Of a DNA stretch of 64,000 nt, positions 28,261-37,158 are shown piece after piece. The position numbers were made by a program, and so were the translations under genes. How positions within the stretch are numbered: the stretch's first letter is position 1; every line of letters begins with the position of its first letter. The stretch lies in NCBI GenBank assembly GCA_964424575.1, contig CAYRIV010000014.1, positions 1,214 through 65,213 of the forward strand. Direction: 5' to 3'. Origin of the DNA: an uncultured Caulobacterales bacterium (GTDB lineage: Bacteria > Pseudomonadota > Alphaproteobacteria > Caulobacterales > Maricaulaceae). The notes beneath the pieces are model-generated. The model did no database searches. It saw nothing but the letters and a program-made list of their open reading frames with translations, and was not told where the DNA came from.

Positions 28261-29709
28261 GTGATTGATTTACGACCCGTATTTTTTGTTGTTGGACTCA
28301 TGGTCGCCGCCCTTGGGATGGCGATGTTCGCCCCTATGGTTGTCGACTATGTTCACGACGACAGGAGTTGGCAGACCTTTGGGTTATCTGCCATTCTGAC
28401 GACCCTTATGGGCGCAGTTATGGCAACAGCCGCCTACACCCCTAATCCAGACCTACGGGCACGCGGGGCCTTCCTGCTCACCGTACTAAGTTGGGTCATG
28501 CTCTCATTCTTCGCGGCCATTCCGTTCCTCATGGACCCGATGAAGCTGTCTTTCACAGATGCTATGTTTGAAGCGACAAGCGGTATCACGACGACCGGCT
28601 CGACAATTCTGACAGGGCTAGACGATATGCCCAAAGGCGTGCTGCTCTGGCGCGCCATATTGCAATGGATTGGCGGCGTCGGAATTGTTGTCACGGCCAT
28701 GGCAGTATTGCCGATGCTTAAAGTCGGGGGAATGCAACTCTTTCGGCTTGAGAGCTCCGATATGGGTGAGAAAATTTTGCCGCGCGCCGCCTCCATCGCC
28801 AAAGGAATTGGGATTATTTATCTCACACTGACGATAGCCTGCGCCGTAGGATATATGCTGGTCGGAATGGACGGTTTTGACGCGACGGCTCACGCAATGA
28901 CAACAGTCGCGACAGGTGGCTATTCGACATCAGACTTATCAATGGGCGGTTTTATGGACGGCGGGGCGGATATTGTCTGCGTCGCCTTTATGTTACTCGG
29001 CGCCCTTCCCTTTGGCGTCTATCTCGCCATGGGCAGCGGCGCATTAAGCGCCCCATTTAAGGACCCGCAAGTGCGCGCCTTCATCGCCGTCATTGTAGGA
29101 CTGATTGCCCTTGTGACGCTTGCCCTCGTCATGAGCACTCAGATTGAAGGCGGACGCGCACTCAGGCTCGCGGCATTTAACACCGTCTCCATCGTGACTG
29201 GGACAGGCTACGCCACGACAGATTACCAAACTTGGGGGCCGTTTGCCGTCGGTCTATTTTTCGTATTTATGTTCATCGGCGGTTGCGCGGGCTCAACAGC
29301 CTGTTCAGTGAAAATTTTCCGCTATCAAGTCGCGTTTGAAGGGCTGAAATCCTATCTCTTTAAAATGCCCAAACAACATGCCATCTCGCCCATGCGTTAC
29401 GGCGGCAATCCCCTGCCCGACCAAGTCGTCTTCTCGGTTATGAGTTTTCTATTTTTGTTTTTTGCGACCTTTGCCGTGACTGCAATTTTGCTCTCACTTA
29501 TCGGCCTTGACCCCATCACAGCCTGGTCAGGTGCAGGCAGCGCCGTCGCCAATGTCGGGCCGGGCTTAGGCGACATCATCGGCCCCGCAGGCACTTACCA
29601 AGACTTACCCAGCACAGCGAAATGGGTTCTGATGATCGCCATGATTGTTGGTCGGCTAGAGATTGTCACAGCATTAGTCGTCATGATGCCGGGGTTTTGG
29701 AGAGGGTAG
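28261..29709 (+). CDS. trkH: TrkH-family potassium uptake protein
   Basis: 482 aa and polytopic. Selectivity-filter-like motifs include TTTGSTIL, TTVATGGYST and IVTGTGYATTD. Confidence 0.9.
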   Translation: MIDLRPVFFVVGLMVAALGMAMFAPMVVDYVHDDRSWQTFGLSAILTTLMGAVMATAAYTPNPDLRARGAFLLTVLSWVMLSFFAAIPFLMDPMKLSFTDAMFEATSGITTTGSTILTGLDDMPKGVLLWRAILQWIGGVGIVVTAMAVLPMLKVGGMQLFRLESSDMGEKILPRAASIAKGIGIIYLTLTIACAVGYMLVGMDGFDATAHAMTTVATGGYSTSDLSMGGFMDGGADIVCVAFMLLGALPFGVYLAMGSGALSAPFKDPQVRAFIAVIVGLIALVTLALVMSTQIEGGRALRLAAFNTVSIVTGTGYATTDYQTWGPFAVGLFFVFMFIGGCAGSTACSVKIFRYQVAFEGLKSYLFKMPKQHAISPMRYGGNPLPDQVVFSVMSFLFLFFATFAVTAILLSLIGLDPITAWSGAGSAVANVGPGLGDIIGPAGTYQDLPSTAKWVLMIAMIVGRLEIVTALVVMMPGFWRG

Positions 29710-29737
29710 TGCGTTTGCACACTCTTCAACATAAAGC

Positions 29738-29774
29738 CTCAAAAAAGCGCACACCCTTAGTGCACTTTTTTGAG
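29738..29774. terminator. Bidirectional terminator-like hairpin between convergent trkH and hslO
   Basis: ctcaaaaaagcgcac-accctta-gtgcacttttttgag forms a 15-bp stem with one G-U position. A and T runs flank it on both sides. Confidence 0.6.
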
Positions 29775-29794
29775 CCGTGACCTGCGAAACTCAC

Positions 29795-29919
29795 AACCTG
29801 CTGAAGGCAGGCATTTTAAGTCTGTATGTGATTTCCAAGACATGACCGCAATTCGCCCACCCTTAGGGTGGATATCAAAGACCATATCATTTGGTTCACC
29901 CAACCTGCCGAAGGCAGGC
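29795..29919. repeat. Two direct copies of an 18-nt hairpin repeat AACCTGC[T/C]GAAGGCAGGC
   Basis: The copies lie at 29795-29812 and 29902-29919, each preceded by TCAC. A further hairpin, ccaccc-tta-gggtgg, lies between them. Confidence 0.6.
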
Positions 29920-29925
29920 GAAACC

Positions 29926-30855
29926 CTATTTCAAATCCTGCGGATCAAACACATAATTCGTCGCACAGAACTCACAGCTTGCTTTAATCTCGCCGTTCTC
30001 CGCCATATCTGCGAGCGCCTCAGCCGTAAACCCCGACAAGGCATCAAGCAAACGCTCACGCGAACAGCGGCACGTCGCGTCCACCGCCATCGTCTCAATC
30101 ACGCGGATACCGCCCTCATGGAAAAGCCTGTAAAGCAAATCTTCTTGGGTTAAATCAGGGTCAATCAATTCTGCATCTGTCAGCGTCGCAAAAAGTGACT
30201 TCGCCGTAATCCAGTCATCTTCTGTCACCGCGCGGGCCGCGTCTTGGGCAATACGCTGTATCATGATACCGCCGCCGCGCCATTCTGTCTGCCCACCTGG
30301 AAGCTGCACTTGACCACAGGCCAGATGCACTTTGGTCGGGATCTGTTCTGATTGCGCGAAATAGTGCTCGGCACAGACTGACAGGCTTTCGCCCTTAATC
30401 GCGGCAAGGCCTTGATACTGATCCATGTCGGGACCTTGGTCGATGGTCATAGAAAATGTGCCGCCACCCAGCAGCGTTTCTGCGCCTGGGTTGCGGTTAT
30501 CAAGCTCAATCTGTTTCAGCGCATCCGCATCCCAACGCGCATAGCCGCGAATATGACCTTCAGTCGTACAGTCCGCCATGAGTAGCGAAATCGCGCCGTC
30601 ATTCGTGCCGTGACATTGCACAACAAGTCGCCCGTCAAATTTGAGTGCTCGCGCGACCAACGCGCCAATCATCATCGCCTCACCAAGCAGCCGCGCGACA
30701 CGGTCAGGATAGCGCGACTCAGAAAGCCCTGCATTAATCGCCCGCTCAAGCTCACTGCCAACTTGCACCGAGCGTCCCCGTACGGATTGCCCGTCGAGTT
30801 GGAAAACGGTAACTTGATTGTCTAATTTTATATTTATGTCTGTCATAATCGCCAA
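29926..30855 (-). CDS. hslO: Hsp33 family redox-regulated chaperone
   Basis: 309 aa. The C-terminal zinc centre is CRCS...CEFC (ATCRCSRERLLDAL...ASCEFCATNYVF). Confidence 0.9.
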   Translation of the reverse strand: MAIMTDINIKLDNQVTVFQLDGQSVRGRSVQVGSELERAINAGLSESRYPDRVARLLGEAMMIGALVARALKFDGRLVVQCHGTNDGAISLLMADCTTEGHIRGYARWDADALKQIELDNRNPGAETLLGGGTFSMTIDQGPDMDQYQGLAAIKGESLSVCAEHYFAQSEQIPTKVHLACGQVQLPGGQTEWRGGGIMIQRIAQDAARAVTEDDWITAKSLFATLTDAELIDPDLTQEDLLYRLFHEGGIRVIETMAVDATCRCSRERLLDALSGFTAEALADMAENGEIKASCEFCATNYVFDPQDLK

Positions 30856-30902
30856 ATGGGAAGCGGCGGCTAAATTACAAGCCCGCTATAGCTTACGCGC
30901 CC

Positions 30903-31619
30903 TTATGAAGACAGCGCCGCCATTTGCATAACGCAAAGCTCACTAATACCTTTGCCCGCAAGCCGCATAAGCTCTGCCATTTCATCCGCCGTGAACGGCG
31001 TGTCTTCGGCAGAGGCTTGCACCTCGATAACGCCGCCTGATTCTGTGAGGACAAAATTCGCGTCCGCTTGCGCTGCGCTATCTTCGACATATTCCAAATC
31101 AAGACGACATTCGCCGTCCACAATCCCGCAAGACACAGCCGCCATGCGGTCTGTGACGGGGTTTTCTTTTAACTTCCCTTCCGCGACAAGGCGCTCACAC
31201 GCTTGAGACAGCGCCACCCATGCGCCTGTAATAGACGCTGTGCGTGTGCCGCCATCTGCCTGCATCACGTCGCAATCCACAATGATTTGACGCTCGCCGA
31301 GTTTTTCAAGATTGACCGCCGCGCGAAGCGATCGCCCGATCAGGCGCTGAATTTCCACGGTACGCCCACCTTGTTTGCCGCGCGCCGCTTCACGCGAATT
31401 ACGCGAATGTGTCGCGCGTGGGAGCATGCCGTATTCCGCCGTGACCCAGCCCTTGCCTTTGCCCTTCATCCAACGCGGCACGTTTTCATCAACTGAGGCT
31501 GTGCAAAGCACATGGGTATTGCCAAATTTTACAAGGCAAGAGCCTTCAGCATATTTGCTGGCGCCAACGTCTAGGCTGATAGGGCGAAGGGCGTCACGGT
31601 CACGGTTTTCTGGGCGCAT
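30903..31619 (-). CDS. rph: Ribonuclease PH
   Basis: The track ORF extends to 31778. The ATG at 31619 ([17 protein letters not shown]...) gives the canonical 238 aa. Motifs are [17 protein letters not shown] and [19 protein letters not shown]. Confidence 0.9.
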   Translation of the reverse strand: MRPENRDRDALRPISLDVGASKYAEGSCLVKFGNTHVLCTASVDENVPRWMKGKGKGWVTAEYGMLPRATHSRNSREAARGKQGGRTVEIQRLIGRSLRAAVNLEKLGERQIIVDCDVMQADGGTRTASITGAWVALSQACERLVAEGKLKENPVTDRMAAVSCGIVDGECRLDLEYVEDSAAQADANFVLTESGGVIEVQASAEDTPFTADEMAELMRLAGKGISELCVMQMAALSS

Positions 31620-31787
31620 AATCTCTCTCACTTTTTTGAGGTCTGTCTTTGGCGTGTGGCCTAGCCGACAGCGCGGCGCTACGCCAGATAAAAAGCCAAA
31701 TAAAGCGATAGCTAAGCGCCACAAAAAGCCCCGAATCGAAGCCTCAGACATCTTGAAAATGCGTTCGCGACTTGCCACATAAGCGTC

Positions 31788-32888
31788 ATGTCAGTGATGA
31801 GCCCACATTTACACCTGTCAGACTTAGACACACGCGCCCGCGCCGTGTTCAAAGACATTGTGCAAAGCTATCTTGAGAGCGGGCAACCCATTGGCTCGCG
31901 TACACTTGCGCTCTCAAGTGGGCGGTCTTTATCTCCCGCCACAATTCGCAACACCATGGCCGACCTCACGCGCTACGGTCTTTTATCGTCCCCTCACGTA
32001 AGCGCGGGCCGCGTGCCAACGCATATGGGTCTGCGCCTCTTTGTGGACGGCCTACTAGAGTTAGGGGAGCTTTCCCCGACTGAGCAGTCTTCGCTTGAGC
32101 GGCAACTCAGCAGTTCGCGACAAGATTTCGACCGCGACCCCAATGCGGTGCTTGAGCAGGCCTCAAGTCTACTTGCGGGCCTTGCAGGCGGGGCAGGCCT
32201 CGTGCTGACACCGACGCCCGATATGTCCAAAGCCGTACGTCATGTCGAGTTTGTCAATCTCGGCGGTGAGCAGACGCTTGTTGTCCTCGCCTATGTCGAC
32301 GGCACGGTTGAGAACCGCCTCATGCCTTATCCAGATGGCGTTCTGCCCAGCTCGCTAGAGCATGCGGGAAATTTCCTCTCTGCACGGCTGAAAGGTCGCC
32401 GCCTTAGCGAAGCGCGCAAAGATATTTTGTCCGAGATTAAAGACGGGCTCGACGCCATTGATGCCGCCGCCTCAAACCTGATTGAACAAGGTCTCGCGGC
32501 TTGGTCAGACGAGACCGAAAGTCGTACAGAACGCGCGTTGATTGTCCGGGGCCGTGACCGTTTGCTCGATAACCTTGAAGCCCAAGTTGACCTTGAGCGT
32601 ATCCAGCTTTTATTTCGCGATTTGGAACAAAAAGAAGACCTTATCGCTTTACTTGACCAAGCCGAAGGCGCGGACGGCGTAAAGATTTTTATCGGGACGG
32701 AAAATCCTCTCTTTTCTCTTTCGGGTAATAGTGTAGTGGTCGCCCCTTACCGCGATAGCGGTCAGAGAATTATTGGGGCTGTGGGAGTGATTGGCCCGAC
32801 ACGGCTAAATTACGGACGGGTAATACCTGTCGTAGATTATACAGCGCGATTGGTAGGAAAACTGATTGGCGCGAAACACGGTAAATGA
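31788..32888 (+). CDS. hrcA: Heat-inducible transcription repressor HrcA
   Basis: 366 aa. The N-terminal winged helix reads [14 protein letters not shown]...[10 protein letters not shown], and the C-terminus carries [19 protein letters not shown]. Confidence 0.9.
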   Translation: MSVMSPHLHLSDLDTRARAVFKDIVQSYLESGQPIGSRTLALSSGRSLSPATIRNTMADLTRYGLLSSPHVSAGRVPTHMGLRLFVDGLLELGELSPTEQSSLERQLSSSRQDFDRDPNAVLEQASSLLAGLAGGAGLVLTPTPDMSKAVRHVEFVNLGGEQTLVVLAYVDGTVENRLMPYPDGVLPSSLEHAGNFLSARLKGRRLSEARKDILSEIKDGLDAIDAAASNLIEQGLAAWSDETESRTERALIVRGRDRLLDNLEAQVDLERIQLLFRDLEQKEDLIALLDQAEGADGVKIFIGTENPLFSLSGNSVVVAPYRDSGQRIIGAVGVIGPTRLNYGRVIPVVDYTARLVGKLIGAKHGK

Positions 32889-32919
32889 CAGCGTAAGGCT
32901 AAGACTAGAGGAGCCAGAC

Positions 32920-33585
32920 ATGGAAAAAGACACATCAGATAAGAAACCTGCGAAACGCGAGACATTAAAAATGCCTGGTGTTGGCGCGAGCACACCTGAT
33001 ATTGACGGTCTGCCATCTGAGGCGGAGCTTGACGCGCTGCAAGCAATTATCGACGGCGAAAAAGAAGCGGTCTCTTTGCGCGAAGAGCCTGAAGACGACA
33101 CACCAGATCCAAGCGCGCGTATCGAAGAACTTGAGACAGAACTAGCCAATCTGAAAGATCAAGCCCTACGCGCCATGGCTGATGCAGAAAACGTCAAAAA
33201 ACGCGCCGCCAAAGAAGTCGCCGCCGCTAAGACTTACGGCATTGAACGCTTTGCCGTAGATGTGCTGTCTATCTCTGATAACCTCTCGCGCGCCTTGCTG
33301 ATGCTTGATGGTAAATCCAAAGAAGATATGGGCGAAAACGCAAAGAACCTGATCTCTGGGATTGAACTCACAGAGAAAGAACTCATGGCCGTCCTCGCCC
33401 GTCACGGCATCACCGCTGTCCCAGGCAAAGGCGCGAAATTTGATCCCAATGTGCACCAAGCTGTCGCCCAAGTGCCGTCCGATGAGGAAAAGGGCAATGT
33501 CGCCGAAGTGATGCAGACGGGGTTTAAGCTCGGTGATCGCACACTTCGCGCAGCTATGGTGTCAGTATCGACAGGCAAAGCTTAA
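32920..33585 (+). CDS. grpE: Nucleotide exchange factor GrpE
   Basis: The ATG at 32920 is preceded by GAGGAG. Motifs are RAMADAENVKKR, FDPNVHQAV and GFKLGDRTLRAAMVSV. Confidence 0.9.
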   Translation: MEKDTSDKKPAKRETLKMPGVGASTPDIDGLPSEAELDALQAIIDGEKEAVSLREEPEDDTPDPSARIEELETELANLKDQALRAMADAENVKKRAAKEVAAAKTYGIERFAVDVLSISDNLSRALLMLDGKSKEDMGENAKNLISGIELTEKELMAVLARHGITAVPGKGAKFDPNVHQAVAQVPSDEEKGNVAEVMQTGFKLGDRTLRAAMVSVSTGKA

Positions 33586-33714
33586 GTTTTCTACCAGACC
33601 TTTAAACTTACTGACGACACACGATTTGCGTGAGTGCGACATTCTGTCTATAAGACGCTAAGGTGCGATATAAGACACACAAACCGCGCTTCTTATAGGG
33701 GAATAGGAGTTATC

Positions 33715-34050
33715 ATGGTGGATAACAGCACAGACGCATGGGATATTTATAAAGATAAGCGCGGCGAGTTTCGCTGGAGGCGCACGGCGCTTAATCAAAA
33801 TATCACGGGGCGCTCATGCGAAAGCTACAAAACGAAACCGGATTGTCTCGCCAATGCCGAACGTCATGGTATGAACGGCAATCCAGACATTCTCGGCGCA
33901 GATGACCGTTGGGAAATTTACAAAGATAAGCGCGGTAATTTTCGTTGGCGGCGTATGGCGCGAAATGGCCGCATTACGGGCACGAGTTCAGTAGGTTATG
34001 CCTCTAAAAAAAATTGTGAAGCTAATGCGGCACGAAACGGCAAAGCCTAG
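33715..34050 (+). CDS. YegP family protein (two DUF1508 repeats)
   Basis: The ATG at 33715 is preceded by AGGAG. The tandem repeats are WDIYKDKRGEFRWRRTALNQNITGRS and WEIYKDKRGNFRWRRMARNGRITGTS. Confidence 0.8.
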   Translation: MVDNSTDAWDIYKDKRGEFRWRRTALNQNITGRSCESYKTKPDCLANAERHGMNGNPDILGADDRWEIYKDKRGNFRWRRMARNGRITGTSSVGYASKKNCEANAARNGKA

Positions 34051-34065
34051 TTAAAAGACTTACAT

Positions 34066-34530
34066 ATGACCGACCTCGATAAACTTCTGGCTTCTGCGAA
34101 CCCTGAGCAACTTGCGGGCGACCCGATTATGCGGGCCGCCTTCATTGTCGGGCTGATGGCGTCAGACATTTATGTACCTGTGATGGAGTCCGAGTCCGAA
34201 CAAGCTGACGCAGGCGGTGTTTCGCTCATGGCGGTAAATGTCGAAGACACGCCGCATGTGCTATTATTTTCCAATGAGAAAGCTCTTCGTAAATTCGCGA
34301 GCACAGGTCAGCGCTTTGCCAAGGTCAGCGGGCTTGATCTTTTCCCAAATCTTAAGGGTCAAAATGCGATTTTAAATCCTGGGCCTAAGGGTTTGAAACT
34401 CACGCCTGAAGATATTGCACAAATCAACGGCGAGACAAACGGTGCTACTCAGCGGCCGACAATTCATCACGGCCAGAATGTGCCTCACGGGATGCCAGGA
34501 CATGTGCATGGTCCGAATTGTCGTCACTAA
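34066..34530 (+). CDS. SseB-like family protein with a His-rich tail
   Basis: 154 aa. The SseB assignment is tentative. The C-terminus reads HHGQNVPHGMPGHVHGPNCRH. Confidence 0.4.
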   Translation: MTDLDKLLASANPEQLAGDPIMRAAFIVGLMASDIYVPVMESESEQADAGGVSLMAVNVEDTPHVLLFSNEKALRKFASTGQRFAKVSGLDLFPNLKGQNAILNPGPKGLKLTPEDIAQINGETNGATQRPTIHHGQNVPHGMPGHVHGPNCRH

Positions 34531-35479
34531 CGCCGCATCTCATTGTTGCGCCTTTAAATATAGACGCGCCTCCGTTTAAAAAATAGCTTGCATCTTTACT
34601 AAAGGCATCGACCAGGAAGTCGAACACGGCGCGAATGCGTGTGCTGCGGCGTAAGTCTTCATGTGCGACAAGGAATAAATCTTCTTGCTGCGAAATATTT
34701 GGCAAGACACGCACAATATTCGATCTATCAAAGCTTCCGCACAGCGGACCGCAAAGCGGGATTGCGCCAATGCCGTAACCGCTCGCAATCGCCGTATCAA
34801 ACGCCCAAATTGAATTTGTCTTAAACGTAATCCGCTCTGGCAAATGCACGGGCAGACCATTATCGCCCATCAACCAGAGCATTTTGTCATCCATGATAGA
34901 GGCGACCACCGCGTCGTGATCTTTGAGATCATCAAGCGTGTCGGGCATACCGCGCCGCGCGACATAATCTTTGCTCGCGAAAAGCCCGAATGTTACTGTG
35001 GCGACTTTGCGTCCAATCAAGCTATTCTGCTCGCCTGGCCCCATCCAACGTAGAGCAATATCAGCCTCGCGCTGCGCGAGATTATAATTGCGAAACCCAA
35101 TCCCCAAATCCACGAGAACGTCAGGATGGCTCGCGCGAAACATTTGCAGCACATCGGGAAGCCACGTTGTCCCGACCCCTTCTGTTGCGGCGAGACGCAC
35201 AACGCCCGCAAGGCTATTTTCAAGCGTGGCCGAACTGCGGTCAATCGCGGCGGCCTCATCTTGCATACGGCGAATGTGATCCAGAATGGAATTGCCAAAA
35301 TTTGTCGGTACAAGCTTGCCCGCCTCTTTGGTCAGAAGCCGCGTTTTAAAATGATCTTCCAGCGCGCGAATACGCCGCCCGACTGTGGGCTGGCTCATCT
35401 TGAGCTTTTTCCCCGCCGCTGTGAGGCTCCCTGTTTCCGCCACAGCGATAAATATTGGATAGTCTGACCAGTTATTCAT
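34445..35479 (-). CDS. LysR-family transcriptional regulator
   Basis: The N-terminal HTH reads FIAVAETGSLTAAGKKLKMSQPTVGRRIRALE. At 344 aa it is about 40 aa longer than usual, and its tail overlaps the 3' end of the convergent gene by 86 nt. Confidence 0.85.
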   Translation of the reverse strand: MNNWSDYPIFIAVAETGSLTAAGKKLKMSQPTVGRRIRALEDHFKTRLLTKEAGKLVPTNFGNSILDHIRRMQDEAAAIDRSSATLENSLAGVVRLAATEGVGTTWLPDVLQMFRASHPDVLVDLGIGFRNYNLAQREADIALRWMGPGEQNSLIGRKVATVTFGLFASKDYVARRGMPDTLDDLKDHDAVVASIMDDKMLWLMGDNGLPVHLPERITFKTNSIWAFDTAIASGYGIGAIPLCGPLCGSFDRSNIVRVLPNISQQEDLFLVAHEDLRRSTRIRAVFDFLVDAFSKDASYFLNGGASIFKGATMRCGVSDDNSDHAHVLASREAHSGRDELSAAE

Positions 35480-35491
35480 GCATTAATGCAT
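35478..35491. promoter_or_regulatory. Perfect 14-bp palindrome ATGCATTAATGCAT overlapping the LysR start codon, a candidate operator
   Basis: Read directly from the sequence. LysR regulators commonly autoregulate through dyad sites at their own 5' end. Confidence 0.3.
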
Positions 35492-35626
35492 AAATATTTC
35501 CAAAAATAAGTCAACACTCTACATTTTAGAACAGTAAATTCGTCCACCCTGCCATATGTGAGTGCCGCCCACGACTTTTAGCCGCTTGCCGCATGACAAA
35601 CGCTATTTTTAGCTCAAATAAAGTCT

Positions 35627-36382
35627 TTAATCCTCAGGGCCGTCCCGCGCGGGCTGACCAGAGCACTCACTAATTGGCGGTGGGTCTGGTGGGCGAGGCG
35701 GCGGCGGATTTCGTCGCTTGAGCAGTGGCCCCATGACATTTGACCCGTCCGTATTTCGGGAATCTTGTGATGCTCGGCTTGGCGCACTCGCGAGGGGCGG
35801 CGTGCGTAAATCAAGCTCCTGTGCGGTCAGGGGAATGGGCTTTATCTTATTTGCCGCGCCTACATGCGTGACACCCGTTGCGAGGCGAAACTCACACGAC
35901 GCAGCGGCACGACGGGAAAGATCTAAAGGCCCGCGCGGAATGGGCGCCAAGCGAAACCATCCGCTGGAATCCGTGCGCGCGCGGCCAGAGGCTTTGCGCG
36001 ACTTGTCTAGGCTCTCTCTATCAAGTGGGCTTTGAGCCGCAGAGCGGGGGACGGGCGCAGAGGGGCGGGGCGGCGTTTTAACGGGACGCAAGAGCTGCGC
36101 CTGCTTATGCAAGCGGCTCCACCGATCAAGCGCCAGATAGCCGCCCAGCTCGCAAATGACTTTCCAGCGCCAGCCATAATCTGCGAGCAAGCGCGACTTC
36201 ATCCGCGCCCGCAACTCCATCTCCGCAATCTCGCGCAGCCCCTTGGCCAGCTTCACCATCTCGCGCCCATATCGTTCCGCAAGCGCCAACCCCTTGGCCG
36301 TGCCTATATCAAGCGCCGAGACGGCCGCGACATAACGCGACAGCATAAGGCGAAGAACAGAGACTGAGCACAGCGACGACAT
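35627..36382 (-). CDS. Hypothetical GC-rich protein: helical N-terminal ~95 aa followed by a Pro/Arg/Ser-rich region
   Basis: 251 aa. Third codon positions are strongly G/C-biased in this frame, whereas the overlapping plus-strand ORFs translate to Arg/Gly/Pro-rich sequence I judge non-coding. I recognise no motif. Confidence 0.45.
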   Translation of the reverse strand: MSSLCSVSVLRLMLSRYVAAVSALDIGTAKGLALAERYGREMVKLAKGLREIAEMELRARMKSRLLADYGWRWKVICELGGYLALDRWSRLHKQAQLLRPVKTPPRPSAPVPRSAAQSPLDRESLDKSRKASGRARTDSSGWFRLAPIPRGPLDLSRRAAASCEFRLATGVTHVGAANKIKPIPLTAQELDLRTPPLASAPSRASQDSRNTDGSNVMGPLLKRRNPPPPRPPDPPPISECSGQPARDGPED

Positions 36383-36422
36383 AAGCGCAGCAAAACACAG
36401 AAATTAAGGGTGGGGATGAAAT

Positions 36423-36431
36423 GGGGGGGGG
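36423..36431. repeat. G9 homopolymer (C9 on the coding strand of the neighbouring genes), flanked by duplicated GGGGATGAA
   Basis: The local sequence is ...tggggatgaaatgggggggggatgaatt.... The tract lies about 41 nt upstream of the ATG at 36382 and about 29 nt downstream of the stop at 36460. Confidence 0.8.
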
Positions 36432-36459
36432 ATGAATTATCCCAAAGAGGCCCCAATGC

Positions 36460-37131
36460 TTATTCGATTAGTTCAAAAGGGCAGATGATTTCATATTCAC
36501 GGTTTTTGGCTTCTATGAGGTTCTCCACAAGGTCACTTAAGTTGAGTACGGCCTGGACCATATCAACTAAGACAAACAAAACAACTGGAGCACCGTTTTG
36601 GTCTTCACCGAATGCTCCTAAACTTTGTCTTAGTTTATCGCGTTTACTGGAATCTCTATGATATTCGTATGCGTTGAGCCAATCCATTACTATTTTGGGA
36701 GAAGTAGGAATGTTTCCTAAATTTCCAAATGTCCTGAACTTGTACATTCGGGTTAGGTCAAATTGATTTTTGATAGCTTCGAGGGTTTTTATGAATGCTG
36801 ACCAGTCTCTAGTCCGCCGTTTCATTAAATTCAGCACTTTATAAAAATAGATTTGTTCACCATTGAGCAAAAAGGGACGAGCGCGATGCAACATGGCTGA
36901 AAGGGCTTCAACATCTACGGGTCTAGCTTTTGTAGTTAATTCTGAATCAGTATTCACATTGACGCTTATGGAACCGCCTTGCCCCTGTTGAACAAACTTA
37001 GAGGCCCGCAGCCTTTCGGCTTCAGCATGGAAAGTTTTCAGCATTGCCCATTCCATGTCTTCGAATTCTATTTGTATATTCTTCCTAAGTGTTTTGCATT
37101 CGCTGACTAGGGCAATCTTAATTATAATCAT
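36460..37131 (-). CDS. Hypothetical protein, 223 aa, downstream partner of the AbiTii-like gene
   Basis: It follows the upstream gene after a 27-nt gap on the same strand. The DNA is AT-rich. There is no TM segment, signal peptide or catalytic motif I recognise. Confidence 0.6.
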   Translation of the reverse strand: MIIIKIALVSECKTLRKNIQIEFEDMEWAMLKTFHAEAERLRASKFVQQGQGGSISVNVNTDSELTTKARPVDVEALSAMLHRARPFLLNGEQIYFYKVLNLMKRRTRDWSAFIKTLEAIKNQFDLTRMYKFRTFGNLGNIPTSPKIVMDWLNAYEYHRDSSKRDKLRQSLGAFGEDQNGAPVVLFVLVDMVQAVLNLSDLVENLIEAKNREYEIICPFELIE

Positions 37132-37158
37132 ATCTGACCCTATTTATTTGATTGGGGC

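Noticed and set aside
31752-31782. Sigma-32-like promoter CTTGAAA-N16-CCACATAA upstream of hrcA
   Set aside because: The -10-like element ends only about 6 nt before the annotated ATG (31788), so the transcript would have essentially no leader. The spacing and the -10 match are imperfect. I also looked for a CIRCE element (TTAGCACTC-N9-GAGTGCTAA) and found none.
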